Source: Actinomadura alba (GTDB lineage: Bacteria; Actinomycetota; Actinomycetes; Streptosporangiales; Streptosporangiaceae). Taken from it: a stretch of 64,000 nt of DNA. A program made the translations under genes and the position numbers. Under the pieces are notes generated by a model. That model worked only from the letters and a program-made list of their open reading frames with translations. It did not search any database and had not been told where the DNA came from. Positions 44,356 through 53,355 of this stretch are shown here, one piece after another. Where the stretch lies: positions 289,961-353,960 of the forward strand of contig NZ_BAAAOK010000005.1 in NCBI RefSeq assembly GCF_039530285.1, in the 5' to 3' direction. The first letter of the stretch is position 1. Each line of letters starts with the position of its first letter.

Positions 44356-44847
44356 GTGACGAACTGGCCGCCTGACCGGGACGAGCTCACCCGGCAACTG
44401 ATCCGCATCGTGGAGATCAGGCTGCTCGACCCCATCGAGATCCTGCTCGAAGACGGTGCGACGACCGGGGCGCTCCAGCGCATGGTCCAGGCCAAGGCCA
44501 CCAGCTGGGCCGCTCTGCTGCTCGGCGAGGACGACCAGGCGGCGGCGCTGACGGCGGCACGGCTCATAGCGGCCCTGTATCCCGGCGACACGGCGCTGGA
44601 ACCGCCCGCGGACTGGTGGCGGACCCCGTTCGGCCGGGTCGTGGCACACCGGCTGGGCCATCCGAGCACGCAGGCCGTCTCGTACTCGGTCGCCGGCGCG
44701 ATGCTGGGCATCACCCGGCAAGGCGTCCACGACCTCGTTTCGAGAGGCAAGCTGGCCCGTCACCCGGACGGCGGCGTGCTCGTCACCTCCATCCGCTCCC
44801 GCCTCAACCGTGACGACAGCCGAACCACCAGCGGAGGGAAATCATGA
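44356..44847 (+). CDS. helix-turn-helix DNA-binding protein (excisionase/MerR-like C-terminal HTH)
   Basis: GTG 44356 after GAAGGGGA; C-terminal VSYSVAGAMLGITRQGVHDLVSRGKLARHPDGGVLV. Confidence 0.4.
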   Translation: MTNWPPDRDELTRQLIRIVEIRLLDPIEILLEDGATTGALQRMVQAKATSWAALLLGEDDQAAALTAARLIAALYPGDTALEPPADWWRTPFGRVVAHRLGHPSTQAVSYSVAGAMLGITRQGVHDLVSRGKLARHPDGGVLVTSIRSRLNRDDSRTTSGGKS

Positions 44848-45863
44848 AGCTGCTCATCATCGGAGGGACGTCGTTCGTCGGTCGCGCGGTCGCGACCGAG
44901 GCCGTCCGGCGCGGTCATGAGGTCGCCACCTTCAACCGGGGCCGTACCGGACCGGACGTGCCGGGCGTCACGGCGATCCGCGGGGACCGGTCCACGGATG
45001 AGGGGGTGCGGCCACTGGCCGGCCGCTCCTTCGATGCCGCGCTCGACCCGGGCGGGCTCGTCCCCGCCCACGTCCGCCGCACCGCCCAAGCCCTGACCGG
45101 CACGGTCCCCTACTACGCCTACGTGTCGACGACCGCGGTGTACCGCGACTGGACGAACCTGCCGTGGGACGAGGACTCCCCCCTGCACGACGGCGCGCCG
45201 GACGATGACGGCGACCCGGCGGACCTGCGTCTCCTCGCGCCGCGAAAGGCCGGTTGCGAGCGTGCGGTCCGCGAGGCTTACGGTACGGACGCCTCGCTGA
45301 TCCTGCGGCCGGGACTGATCGTCGGGCCGTACGACAACGTCGGCATGCTCCCGTGGTGGCTCACCCGGATCCAGCGGGGCGGCCGGGTGCTCGCCCCGGG
45401 CGACCCCGGCCGGCCGCTGCAGGTCACCGACGCCCGCGACATCGCGGTCTTCCTGCTCGACCAGATCGAGACCGGCCGGGCCGGGGTGTTCAACACGGTG
45501 CCTGACGAACCGGACACGACGATCGGCGGCTGCCTCGCCGCATGTGCGGCGGCGACGAGTTCCGGCGCCGAACTCGTCTGGACGCCCGACGAGTTCCTCA
45601 TGGAACAGGGCGCGCAGCCCTGGACGGAAGTGCCCTTCTGGCTGCCCTCGGCAGCCAATCCGGCCGCCGGTTGGCCGGCGTCCGGTGCCGCCGCGTCGGC
45701 CGCCGGTCTGAAATGCCGCCCGATCGGCGACACGGTCGAGGCGACCTGGGCGTGGCTGAGGGACGGCGGTGTCGTGCGGCGAATGGCGGGCATGCCGGTC
45801 CCGGGCATCGACGGCGGCAAAGAGGCCCGCATCCTCGACGCCTGGACCGAGGCGTCTCGCTGA
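44844..45863 (+). CDS. NAD-dependent epimerase/dehydratase-family (extended SDR) protein
   Basis: 339 aa; MKLLIIGGTSFVGRAVATEAVRRGHEV Rossmann N-terminus; ATGA overlap with upstream gene. Confidence 0.8.
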   Translation: MKLLIIGGTSFVGRAVATEAVRRGHEVATFNRGRTGPDVPGVTAIRGDRSTDEGVRPLAGRSFDAALDPGGLVPAHVRRTAQALTGTVPYYAYVSTTAVYRDWTNLPWDEDSPLHDGAPDDDGDPADLRLLAPRKAGCERAVREAYGTDASLILRPGLIVGPYDNVGMLPWWLTRIQRGGRVLAPGDPGRPLQVTDARDIAVFLLDQIETGRAGVFNTVPDEPDTTIGGCLAACAAATSSGAELVWTPDEFLMEQGAQPWTEVPFWLPSAANPAAGWPASGAAASAAGLKCRPIGDTVEATWAWLRDGGVVRRMAGMPVPGIDGGKEARILDAWTEASR

Positions 45864-46005
45864 TCCGTACCCATGAGGGCCCGGCGGCAGGACGAGCAAA
45901 CCCGTGGCGACGCCCGCCTTCGCGGCGCCGACGGCCGCACTGGCCGCGCCGGGGAGCGATTGCTGTAATGAAGGTGTGCCGAGCTCCGCTCCGCCGGTGA
46001 CCCGT

Positions 46006-46854
46006 GTGCTGCTCATGGTCCTCACGATCATGGCCGTGCTGCTGGTCGTGCTGTGGGCGGGCCAGCGCAAACTGATCTACTTCCCGGACGGCGGGCCGCT
46101 TCCGCCGCCTGAGATCCTGCTGCCGGGTGGTCGGGAGGTCACCTTCCGGACCGCCGACGGCGTCCGGCTGAGCGCTTGGTACGTTCCGGCGGCGAAGGCG
46201 CCCGCCGCGAGCGCGCCCGTCGTCCTGGTCGCACCCGGCAACGCCGGCAACCGCGGCGCCCGGGCCCCACTCGCCGCGGCGCTGGCCGGCCGTGGCCTCG
46301 CGGTCCTGCTCGTCGACTACCGGGGTTACGGCGGCAACCCCGGCCACCCCGGCGAAGCGGGGCTGGCCCGAGACGTCGACGCCGCCTACCGGTATCTCAC
46401 CGAGGAACTCGGGGTGCCGCCGAGCCGGCTGCTCTACTTCGGCGAGAGTCTGGGAGCCGCGGTCGTCACCGGGCTCGCCCTCAGGCATCCACCGGCCGGG
46501 CTGGTCCTGCGCTCCCCGTTCACCGACCTGGCCGCCGTCGGACGGCGGCACTACCCGTACCTTCCGGTCGGCGCCCTGCTCAAGGACCGCTTTCCGGTCG
46601 CCGAACGGATCGGGTCTCTGCGGGTGCCGACCGCCGTGGTGTACGGGACGGAAGACTCGATCGTGGTTCCGGCCGAGAGCCGGGAGGTGGCCCGCCGGGC
46701 GGCCGGCCCGGTCCGCCTCGTCGCGGTCCGGGGAGCGGACCACAACGACCGGGTCCTGCTCGACGGCCCGCAGCTCATCGACGCGGTCGTCGATCTCGCC
46801 GCGCGTCCGGCGGACCCGCCGGGCACCACGGCCGATTCCCCGCGCCCTCGGTGA
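46006..46854 (+). CDS. membrane-anchored alpha/beta hydrolase
   Basis: ORF 45904..46854; likely start GTG 46006 or ATG 46015 before TM helix LLMVLTIMAVLLVVLW; nucleophile elbow GESLGA, HND-type C-terminal region. Confidence 0.6.
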   Translation: MLLMVLTIMAVLLVVLWAGQRKLIYFPDGGPLPPPEILLPGGREVTFRTADGVRLSAWYVPAAKAPAASAPVVLVAPGNAGNRGARAPLAAALAGRGLAVLLVDYRGYGGNPGHPGEAGLARDVDAAYRYLTEELGVPPSRLLYFGESLGAAVVTGLALRHPPAGLVLRSPFTDLAAVGRRHYPYLPVGALLKDRFPVAERIGSLRVPTAVVYGTEDSIVVPAESREVARRAAGPVRLVAVRGADHNDRVLLDGPQLIDAVVDLAARPADPPGTTADSPRPR

Positions 46855-46863
46855 ACCGCCCTC

Positions 46864-47736
46864 TCAGGCGACGCTCGCGCCGACCCGCTCCGTCAAGGCC
46901 CGCAGCCTCCGCTCCGTCTCCGAACCCTTCGGCGCCGTGAACGTGCACAGCCGCTGGCCGGCGTCGTTGGGCAGCGGGAACGCCTCGTAGGTCAGCACCA
47001 GCTCGCCGACCTCGGGGTTGAGGATGCGCTTCGTGCCGTGGTTGCGGTCCAGCACGCCCTGCGCCTCCCAGTAGCGCCGGAACTCCTCGCTCCGCTCCCG
47101 CAGCTCACAGATGACGCGATGCACCCGGGCCTGATCGGGGTGGCGCCCGATCTCCGCGCGCAGGCTCGCCACGGTCTCTTCCGCCATCTCCTCCCACGCG
47201 GGATAGAGCGCCCTGGCCCCAGGGTGCAGGAAGATCAACCAGGCCGCGTTGAGCTCCGTCTCCGGGAGCGCGTCGAAGTCGAACGAGAGCCGGCCGGCGA
47301 TCCGGTTCCAGGCCAGCATGTCCGTGGCCGGGCCGTAGACGATGGCCGGGACGGTGTCGTCCATCGCGTCGAGCAGTTCCTGGATCTCCGGACGCACCCG
47401 CGGCCGGGCCTCCGTGCCCTCCGTGCACACGAGCGCACCGTCGCCGGCCCGCCGCCGCGGCAGTGTGATGTTGCGCAGGTACGCGTGCTCGACGGGCGTC
47501 AGGCGCAGCGCCCGCGCGACCGCGTCGAGCACGGAGTCGGAGATGGCGGGCGCGCGGCCCTGCTCGATGCGCGTGTAGTAGTCGACGCTGACCCCGGCGA
47601 GCTGGGCGACCTCCTCACGGCGCAGCCCTCGTACCCGCCGCCGGGCCACCCCCTCCGGCAGGCCGAGCTCGGCCGGGTCGAGTGCGGCCCGCCGTGCCTT
47701 CAGAAATGGAGTGATCTCATTCTCGACATGCCCCAT
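46864..47736 (-). CDS. XRE-family helix-turn-helix transcriptional regulator
   Basis: Start MGHVENEI at 47736; HTH LRGLRREEVAQLAGVSVDYYTRIEQGRA; divergent from aldo/keto reductase, a common pairing. Confidence 0.7.
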   Translation of the reverse strand: MGHVENEITPFLKARRAALDPAELGLPEGVARRRVRGLRREEVAQLAGVSVDYYTRIEQGRAPAISDSVLDAVARALRLTPVEHAYLRNITLPRRRAGDGALVCTEGTEARPRVRPEIQELLDAMDDTVPAIVYGPATDMLAWNRIAGRLSFDFDALPETELNAAWLIFLHPGARALYPAWEEMAEETVASLRAEIGRHPDQARVHRVICELRERSEEFRRYWEAQGVLDRNHGTKRILNPEVGELVLTYEAFPLPNDAGQRLCTFTAPKGSETERRLRALTERVGASVA

Positions 47737-47879
47737 ATCCCTATTATCCGGCGTGCGGTGGCGTGGGTGGTTCTGCCAGACCCAGGTTGAGCCAGGCCTG
47801 GTGACGATCCGAGGCGAAGTGGAGGCTGTCTCCATAACCACGAGACGACCCGCGACGAAGGCGGGTGGAGGGCATACCC

Positions 47880-48908
47880 ATGAAACGCAGGATCCTCGGC
47901 GGTACCGGTATCTCCGTGAGCGAGTTCGCGCTCGGCGCGATGATGTTCGGCGCCATCGGCAACAAGGACCACGACGAGAGCGTGCGGATCATCCACCGCG
48001 CCCTCGACGCCGGGATCAACTTCATCGACACCGCCGACATCTACTCGGCGGGAGAGTCAGAGGAGATCGTCGGCAAGGCCCTCAAGGGCCGGCGCGACGA
48101 CGTCGTCCTGGCGACCAAGGCCCACGGCTCGATGGGGCCGGACGCCAACCACGGCGGGAACTCCCGGCGCTGGCTCGTCCGCGAGGTGGAGAACAGCCTG
48201 CGCCGCCTTGGCACCGACCACATCGATCTCTACCAGATCCACCGCCCCGACCCGGCAACGGACATCGACGAGACACTCTCCGCTCTCACCGACCTGGTGC
48301 GGGCGGGCAAGGTGCGGGCCGTGGGCAGTTCCACCTTCCCGGCCGAGCAGATCGTCGAGGCCCAGTGGGTGTCGGAACGGCGCGGCCACGTGCGCTTCCG
48401 CACCGAGCAGCCGCCGTACTCCATCCTGGCGCGCGGGGTCGAGGCCGCGGTGCTGCCGACCACGCTGAAGTACGGGATGGGCGTGCTGACCTGGGGCCCG
48501 CTGTCGGCGGGCTGGCTCTCCGGCCGTTACACGCAAGCGGCCGACATCGACCTGACCGGCTCCGGTCGCGCGGCGGCGGAGCGGCACAAGTTCGACCTCT
48601 CGCTACCCGAGAACGAGCGGAAGCTCCGGACCGTCGGCGAGCTGGCGAAACTCGCGGAGGAGGCCGGTCTGCCGCTGCCGCACCTGGCGATCGGATTCGT
48701 CCTGGCCCACCCGGCCGTCACCTCGGTGATCATCGGGCCGCGCACCATGGAGCATCTCGACGGCCTGCTGGCCGGCGCCGGCGCGGTGCTGAGCGAGGAC
48801 GTCCTGGACCGGATCGACGAGATCGTGCCGCCGGGCACCGACCTCAACGCGGCGGACAGCTACTACGTGCCGCCGGCGCTGAGCGACAAGGCGCTGCGGC
48901 GGCGGTAG
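47880..48908 (+). CDS. aldo/keto reductase
   Basis: ATG 47880 after GGTGGAGGG; ...GINFIDTADIYSAGESEEIVGKAL...LGTDHIDLYQIHRPD... AKR signatures. Confidence 0.85.
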   Translation: MKRRILGGTGISVSEFALGAMMFGAIGNKDHDESVRIIHRALDAGINFIDTADIYSAGESEEIVGKALKGRRDDVVLATKAHGSMGPDANHGGNSRRWLVREVENSLRRLGTDHIDLYQIHRPDPATDIDETLSALTDLVRAGKVRAVGSSTFPAEQIVEAQWVSERRGHVRFRTEQPPYSILARGVEAAVLPTTLKYGMGVLTWGPLSAGWLSGRYTQAADIDLTGSGRAAAERHKFDLSLPENERKLRTVGELAKLAEEAGLPLPHLAIGFVLAHPAVTSVIIGPRTMEHLDGLLAGAGAVLSEDVLDRIDEIVPPGTDLNAADSYYVPPALSDKALRRR

Positions 48909-49003
48909 CCGGGGTCACGTGGAGGGGCGAGAGGCGGACCACCGGGACCGGCCCGGTGCCCGCCTCTCCCCTCGTCCGTCGTCCGGCTCAGGTGCCGTCC
49001 GGC

Positions 49004-49726
49004 TCAGTGGGTTCGTGGGACGCGCGGTGCGTGCGCGGGTGCCGCGGGCCGCAGGAAGCTCAGCACCGTGCGCGTGTACGCGTCCGGCTCAGCGTCATGG
49101 ATCAGGTGCCCGGCCGGAATGGTCTCCTGGCGGCTGCGCGGGATCCGCCGGGCCAGCTCGGCGACCCGGTCCTGTGGGATGTGGCTTCGCGGACCGCCGC
49201 CGATGACGAGCGTCTCGGCGGTGATGTCGCCGAGCCGCTCCAGCCAGGCCGGGTCGGGATCGTCGATCTGGCTCCGGATGGCCGGCACCATCTCCCAGTC
49301 GTACGGCAGTTCCCCGTCCGGCCTGGTGAGCACGGTCCGCGGGCGGGGAAGCGGCGCCGGGACGTCCTCCAGGACCAGGCGGCCCACGCGGCCCGGGTGC
49401 TCCTCGGCGAGCAGGTAGGCCACGATCCCGCCCATCGAGTGCCCGATCAGATCCACCCGGCCGAGCGCCAGGGCGTCCATGACACCGAGCACGTCCTCCC
49501 GCATGAGCTCGAGTGAGTACTCGCCGGTCCGATCGCTGCGCCCGTGGCCGCGCAGGTCGATCGCATGCACCCGCCAATGGTGGGCGAACGCGGGGGCCAC
49601 CCGCTCCCAGTCCTGCGCGTCCTCGCCCAGCGCGTGCAACAGGACGAGCGGCGGCGCGTCGGGGGCTCCCCACATCCGACAGGCGATCCGGACGCCCCCG
49701 ACCTCGATCATGTGACGATCATCCAT
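49004..49726 (-). CDS. alpha/beta-fold hydrolase
   Basis: 240 aa; HG oxyanion LVLLHALG, nucleophile elbow GHSMGG. Confidence 0.8.
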   Translation of the reverse strand: MDDRHMIEVGGVRIACRMWGAPDAPPLVLLHALGEDAQDWERVAPAFAHHWRVHAIDLRGHGRSDRTGEYSLELMREDVLGVMDALALGRVDLIGHSMGGIVAYLLAEEHPGRVGRLVLEDVPAPLPRPRTVLTRPDGELPYDWEMVPAIRSQIDDPDPAWLERLGDITAETLVIGGGPRSHIPQDRVAELARRIPRSRQETIPAGHLIHDAEPDAYTRTVLSFLRPAAPAHAPRVPRTH

Positions 49727-49750
49727 GCGCGGGTCATCCCCATCCGATGG

Positions 49751-50428
49751 TCAGCCGGCGCTCTTGCGGCTACGCCCGTGAGCGTCGTGCGGCAGCGCCG
49801 CGTAGTGCCACTGGTGATCCCTGGCATGCTTGCACGCCGCCTCGAGTTCCCCACTCTCGATCGACGCGAGCAGTTCCGCGTGATCCTGAACGATCTCGTG
49901 GAGATCGACCCCCGCGGCGACCACTGTCACCGACGTCCGGGCCTCGATCTGCAGCGCCTCCCAGGACAGCTTGAGCAGTTCGTTCTGCGCGGCGTCGACG
50001 ATGTGGCGGTGGAACGCCACGCTGGCCCGCACCGCGGCCTCGGCGTCGCCATCGCGGGCCGCCGCTCGCATCGCCTCGATCTCCGCCCGCAGCGCCGCCA
50101 CCGGCACGGTTCCGCCCAGTATGGCGAGCCGCGTGGCCGTCTCTTCCAGGGCGGCGCGCACCACGTAGCTCTCCCGCAGAGTCTGCTGGACGAAGTGCCG
50201 TACGAACGTGCCTCGACGCGGCCGGGTCTCGACCATCCGCATGGCCTCGAGTTCGCGCAGCGCCTCGCGGACCGGGGCCTGACTGGTGCCGTAGGTCGCG
50301 GCGAGCCGGGTCTCGATGAGCCGTTCACCGGGCGCGATCTCGCCAGAGACGATCCGGCCGACGAGTGAGTCGCGGATCTGCTGAGACAGCGTCAGGCGGG
50401 ACAGCTTCCCCGGCTCGTCGGACCTCAT
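49751..50428 (-). CDS. GntR-family transcriptional regulator (FCD), third copy
   Basis: 225 aa; wHTH ...PGERLIETRLAATYGTSQAPVREALRELEAMRMV...; divergent from Mo-hydroxylase operon. Confidence 0.85.
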   Translation of the reverse strand: MRSDEPGKLSRLTLSQQIRDSLVGRIVSGEIAPGERLIETRLAATYGTSQAPVREALRELEAMRMVETRPRRGTFVRHFVQQTLRESYVVRAALEETATRLAILGGTVPVAALRAEIEAMRAAARDGDAEAAVRASVAFHRHIVDAAQNELLKLSWEALQIEARTSVTVVAAGVDLHEIVQDHAELLASIESGELEAACKHARDHQWHYAALPHDAHGRSRKSAG

Positions 50429-50457
50429 GTGGACATCGTAGTCACGAGCCCGTCAGT

Positions 50458-50529
50458 GATCGATCATCGATCTCGGATCCGGTCTTGCCCGCGAATTCAT
50501 GCGAGCGTTACGTTGAATCGATTATCGAT
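50458..50529. promoter_or_regulatory. Two related palindromes GATCGAT-C-ATCGATC (50458-50472) and ATCGAT-T-ATCGAT (50517-50529) in divergent GntR/Mo-hydroxylase promoter region
   Basis: Seen in sequence; 7- and 6-bp perfect arms, ~60 nt apart. Confidence 0.35.
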
Positions 50530-50590
50530 CGTTACCCGGAGGCCCTCCCCCTGAGCGGCTGCACGGCACAGTCGCGAGAAACGGACGGAC

Positions 50591-51391
50591 ATGATCACAG
50601 CGGTCCGCGTGCCCGACTCCGTAGCGGCCGCAGCGACCTACGCGGCCGCCGGCGGACGCGTCATGGGCGGCGGCACGATCGTCATGGCCCAGGTCAACAG
50701 CGGGTCGCTGGCGGAAACGGAACTCATCAGCCTGCGCAAGGCCGGCGTCTCGGGGATCCGGGTCGATGGGCGGGTGGTTCGCATCGGCGCGGCGACGACG
50801 TTCGCCGACATCGAGAGGTCGCCGGAACTCGCCTTCCTCCATGCCGCGATGCGCACCATCGCCTCACCGCCGATCCGCAACCTCGCGACGGTCGGTGGCA
50901 ACCTCTTCGTGCCGCAGCCCTACGGCGACTTCGCCGTGTGCCTGCTCGCGCTCGGCGCCACCGTCGAGATCGCCGGTCCGGGCGGGCCACGTCGGGCGCC
51001 GGTCGAGGACGTGCTCACCGCCGGCGTCGCCCAGGGCGAGTTCGTCACGGCCGTTGCGCTGTCCCTGCCCGCCGCGGGGACCTGGTTCCACCACAAGGCC
51101 ATGCGCCGCAAGCTCAACTCCGCCGCCATCGTCGCGGTGGCCGCGGTCGTCGACACCGCCGACGGGGTCGTGACCTCCGCCCGGATCGCCCTGGGCGGCG
51201 TCGCGCCCCGTCCAGTGCGCGCCGTGTCGGCCGAGCGGCTCCTGACCGGCCGCCCCCTCGAACACGACGTCCTCAACGAGGCGGGCCGGGCCGCCCGCGC
51301 GGACATCGCCCCGTTCGACGACGCCTACGCCAGCGCGTGGTACCGCAGACGCGTCCTTCCGGTCCACCTCCGCCGGGCCCTGCTCGGCTGA
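50591..51391 (+). CDS. molybdenum hydroxylase FAD-binding subunit (CoxM/XdhB-like)
   Basis: 266 aa; FAD_binding_5-type ...GGGTIVMAQVN..., ATVGGNLF. Confidence 0.85.
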   Translation: MITAVRVPDSVAAAATYAAAGGRVMGGGTIVMAQVNSGSLAETELISLRKAGVSGIRVDGRVVRIGAATTFADIERSPELAFLHAAMRTIASPPIRNLATVGGNLFVPQPYGDFAVCLLALGATVEIAGPGGPRRAPVEDVLTAGVAQGEFVTAVALSLPAAGTWFHHKAMRRKLNSAAIVAVAAVVDTADGVVTSARIALGGVAPRPVRAVSAERLLTGRPLEHDVLNEAGRAARADIAPFDDAYASAWYRRRVLPVHLRRALLG

Positions 51392-51421
51392 ACCGCCCCG
51401 GCGCCTCGGAAAGGTCTGATC

Positions 51422-51967
51422 ATGGGTTCACAGATCGTCTCGCTGGTCGTCAACGACCAGCGACGCGAGTTCATCGCCAGGCCGGGCACCTCTCTGCTGT
51501 CCGCGCTGCGCGAATCGCTGGGGTTGATGGCGGCCAAACGCGGCTGCGGCCAGGGAACATGCGGCACCTGCACCGTGCTGGTCGACGACCGGCCCGTGAT
51601 GTCCTGCCTGGTCGCGGTCGAGACCATCGAGGGCGCCTCGGTCCGCACGCTCGAGGGCGTGGCGCGCGGCGGCGAGCTCGACGAGGTACAGAGCGCCTTC
51701 GTGGACGGCTTCGCCACCCAGTGCGGCTTCTGCACGGCTGGAATGATCATGTCGGCCGAGGCACTGCTCGAGCGCGACCCCGACCCGAGCCGGGAGGACG
51801 TCGTCGAGGCCATCTCCGGCAACGTCTGCCGCTGTACGGGCTACGCGTCGATCGTGGCCGCGATCCTGGACGCCGCGCGCCGGAGGAGGGACGCCGCGTC
51901 CAGCGGAGGCGACGCGCCCGCCGTGCCCGCCGGCTCCGAGGCCGCCGACGGGGCGGGGGTCCGATGA
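51422..51967 (+). CDS. molybdenum hydroxylase (2Fe-2S) small subunit (CoxS-like)
   Basis: 181 aa; CGQGTCGTCTV and CGFCTAGMIM...CRCTGY cysteine clusters. Confidence 0.9.
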   Translation: MGSQIVSLVVNDQRREFIARPGTSLLSALRESLGLMAAKRGCGQGTCGTCTVLVDDRPVMSCLVAVETIEGASVRTLEGVARGGELDEVQSAFVDGFATQCGFCTAGMIMSAEALLERDPDPSREDVVEAISGNVCRCTGYASIVAAILDAARRRRDAASSGGDAPAVPAGSEAADGAGVR

Positions 51968-53352
51968 ACCACCGGGTGAACCCCATCGACAAGAGCTACT
52001 TCGCGGGCGAACGCCGCGACGGCGACTTCACCGTCATCGGTTCGGTGGTGCAGCGTTCGGACGTGCTGGGACACGTCACCGGCCGGACCGAGTTCTTCGA
52101 GGACCTCGCGCTGCCGGACATGCTGCACCTGAAGATGTACCGCTCGGAGCGGCACCACGCCAGGATCAGCGGTCTCGACGTGACGGAGGCCCTGGCGGTG
52201 CCGGGCGTCGTACGCGTCCTGACCCACGCCGACATTCCCAACAACCTGTACACGCCGCTGAAGCTGATCGGGGTCGGTCCGGACGACGAGCCGATCCTGG
52301 CGGAGGACACCGTCCGCTATCTGGGCGACCCGATCTGCGCGGTGATCGCCGAGACCGAGGCCGCGGCCTACGAGGGCGTCTCCAGGGTCAGGGTCGACTA
52401 CACGGACCTGCCGGCCGTCTTCGACGTCGAGGAGGCGCTCGCCGAGGGCGCCCCGCTCGTCAACGAGTACCAGGGCCAGAACCACTTCATCTACGAGGGC
52501 CACCACTGCCGTCGAATCCGGTTCGGCGACGTCGACAAGGCGTTCGCGGAGGCCGACCACGTCTTCGAGTGGCGCTACCAGTCCGCCCCGATCGAGCAGG
52601 CGCCGGCCGAGACCACCGGGTGCGTCGTCGTCCCGCAGGCCGACGGCCGGCTCCGCGTCCACTCCGACACCCAGGCGTGCTTCTTCACCCTCGACAACAC
52701 GGCCCTGATCCTGGAGACCCCGTTCAACAAGCTGCGCGTCGTCGGCGGCACGGTCGGCGGCGGCTTCGGTGGCAAGGTGGACGTCGTCGTCGAGCCGGTC
52801 GCGTGCGTCGGGGCCATGCTGACGGGCCGGCCGGTCAAGTTCGTCTACACCCGCTACGAGGAGATGCAGGTCTCCTCACCGCGCGCCGCCGAACGGATCT
52901 ACATCAAGGACGCGGTGATGAACGACGGCCGCATCACCGGTCGCAAGGTCACCCTCTACGTCGACGCCGGCGCGTACGCCCGGCACAGCCCGTACGGCAC
53001 CACGAAGGCGGCGGCGCACCTGCCGGGGCCGTACAGCATTCCGAACGTCTGGGCCGACTGCCACTGCGTGTTCACCAACCGCACCCCGTCGAGCGCCATG
53101 CGCGGCTTCGGCGTCACCATCGGCGACTTCGCACTGGAGACGCAGATGGACCGGATCGCCCGGGAACTGGGGATGGACCCCCTGCGACTGCGGCTGATCA
53201 ACGCCTACCGGGACGGCGACATGAAGGCCCACCGCAAGATCGCCGAGGGAACGGCACTGGTCGAAGTGATCCAGAAGGCGGCGGAGATGGTCGGGCACGA
53301 ACTGCCGGACGCCTACCGGCGCATGTCGTCCACGCACCGGGAAGGGCGCTGA
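51964..53352 (+). CDS. molybdopterin-binding subunit, N-terminal polypeptide (nicotinate dehydrogenase NdhL-like)
   Basis: ATG 51964 overlapping upstream stop; 463 aa; contains GGGFGGK motif; terminates at TGA 53350-53352 in frame with next ORF. Confidence 0.75.
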   Translation: MNHRVNPIDKSYFAGERRDGDFTVIGSVVQRSDVLGHVTGRTEFFEDLALPDMLHLKMYRSERHHARISGLDVTEALAVPGVVRVLTHADIPNNLYTPLKLIGVGPDDEPILAEDTVRYLGDPICAVIAETEAAAYEGVSRVRVDYTDLPAVFDVEEALAEGAPLVNEYQGQNHFIYEGHHCRRIRFGDVDKAFAEADHVFEWRYQSAPIEQAPAETTGCVVVPQADGRLRVHSDTQACFFTLDNTALILETPFNKLRVVGGTVGGGFGGKVDVVVEPVACVGAMLTGRPVKFVYTRYEEMQVSSPRAAERIYIKDAVMNDGRITGRKVTLYVDAGAYARHSPYGTTKAAAHLPGPYSIPNVWADCHCVFTNRTPSSAMRGFGVTIGDFALETQMDRIARELGMDPLRLRLINAYRDGDMKAHRKIAEGTALVEVIQKAAEMVGHELPDAYRRMSSTHREGR

Positions 53353-53355
53353 GTC

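Noticed and set aside
53350-53352. In-frame TGA between the two Mo-subunit ORFs as a selenocysteine codon
   Set aside because: No Sec is known in xanthine-dehydrogenase-family subunits. The downstream ORF has its own SD and start. No SECIS-like hairpin is obvious. Treated as a genuine split or nonsense, not recoding.
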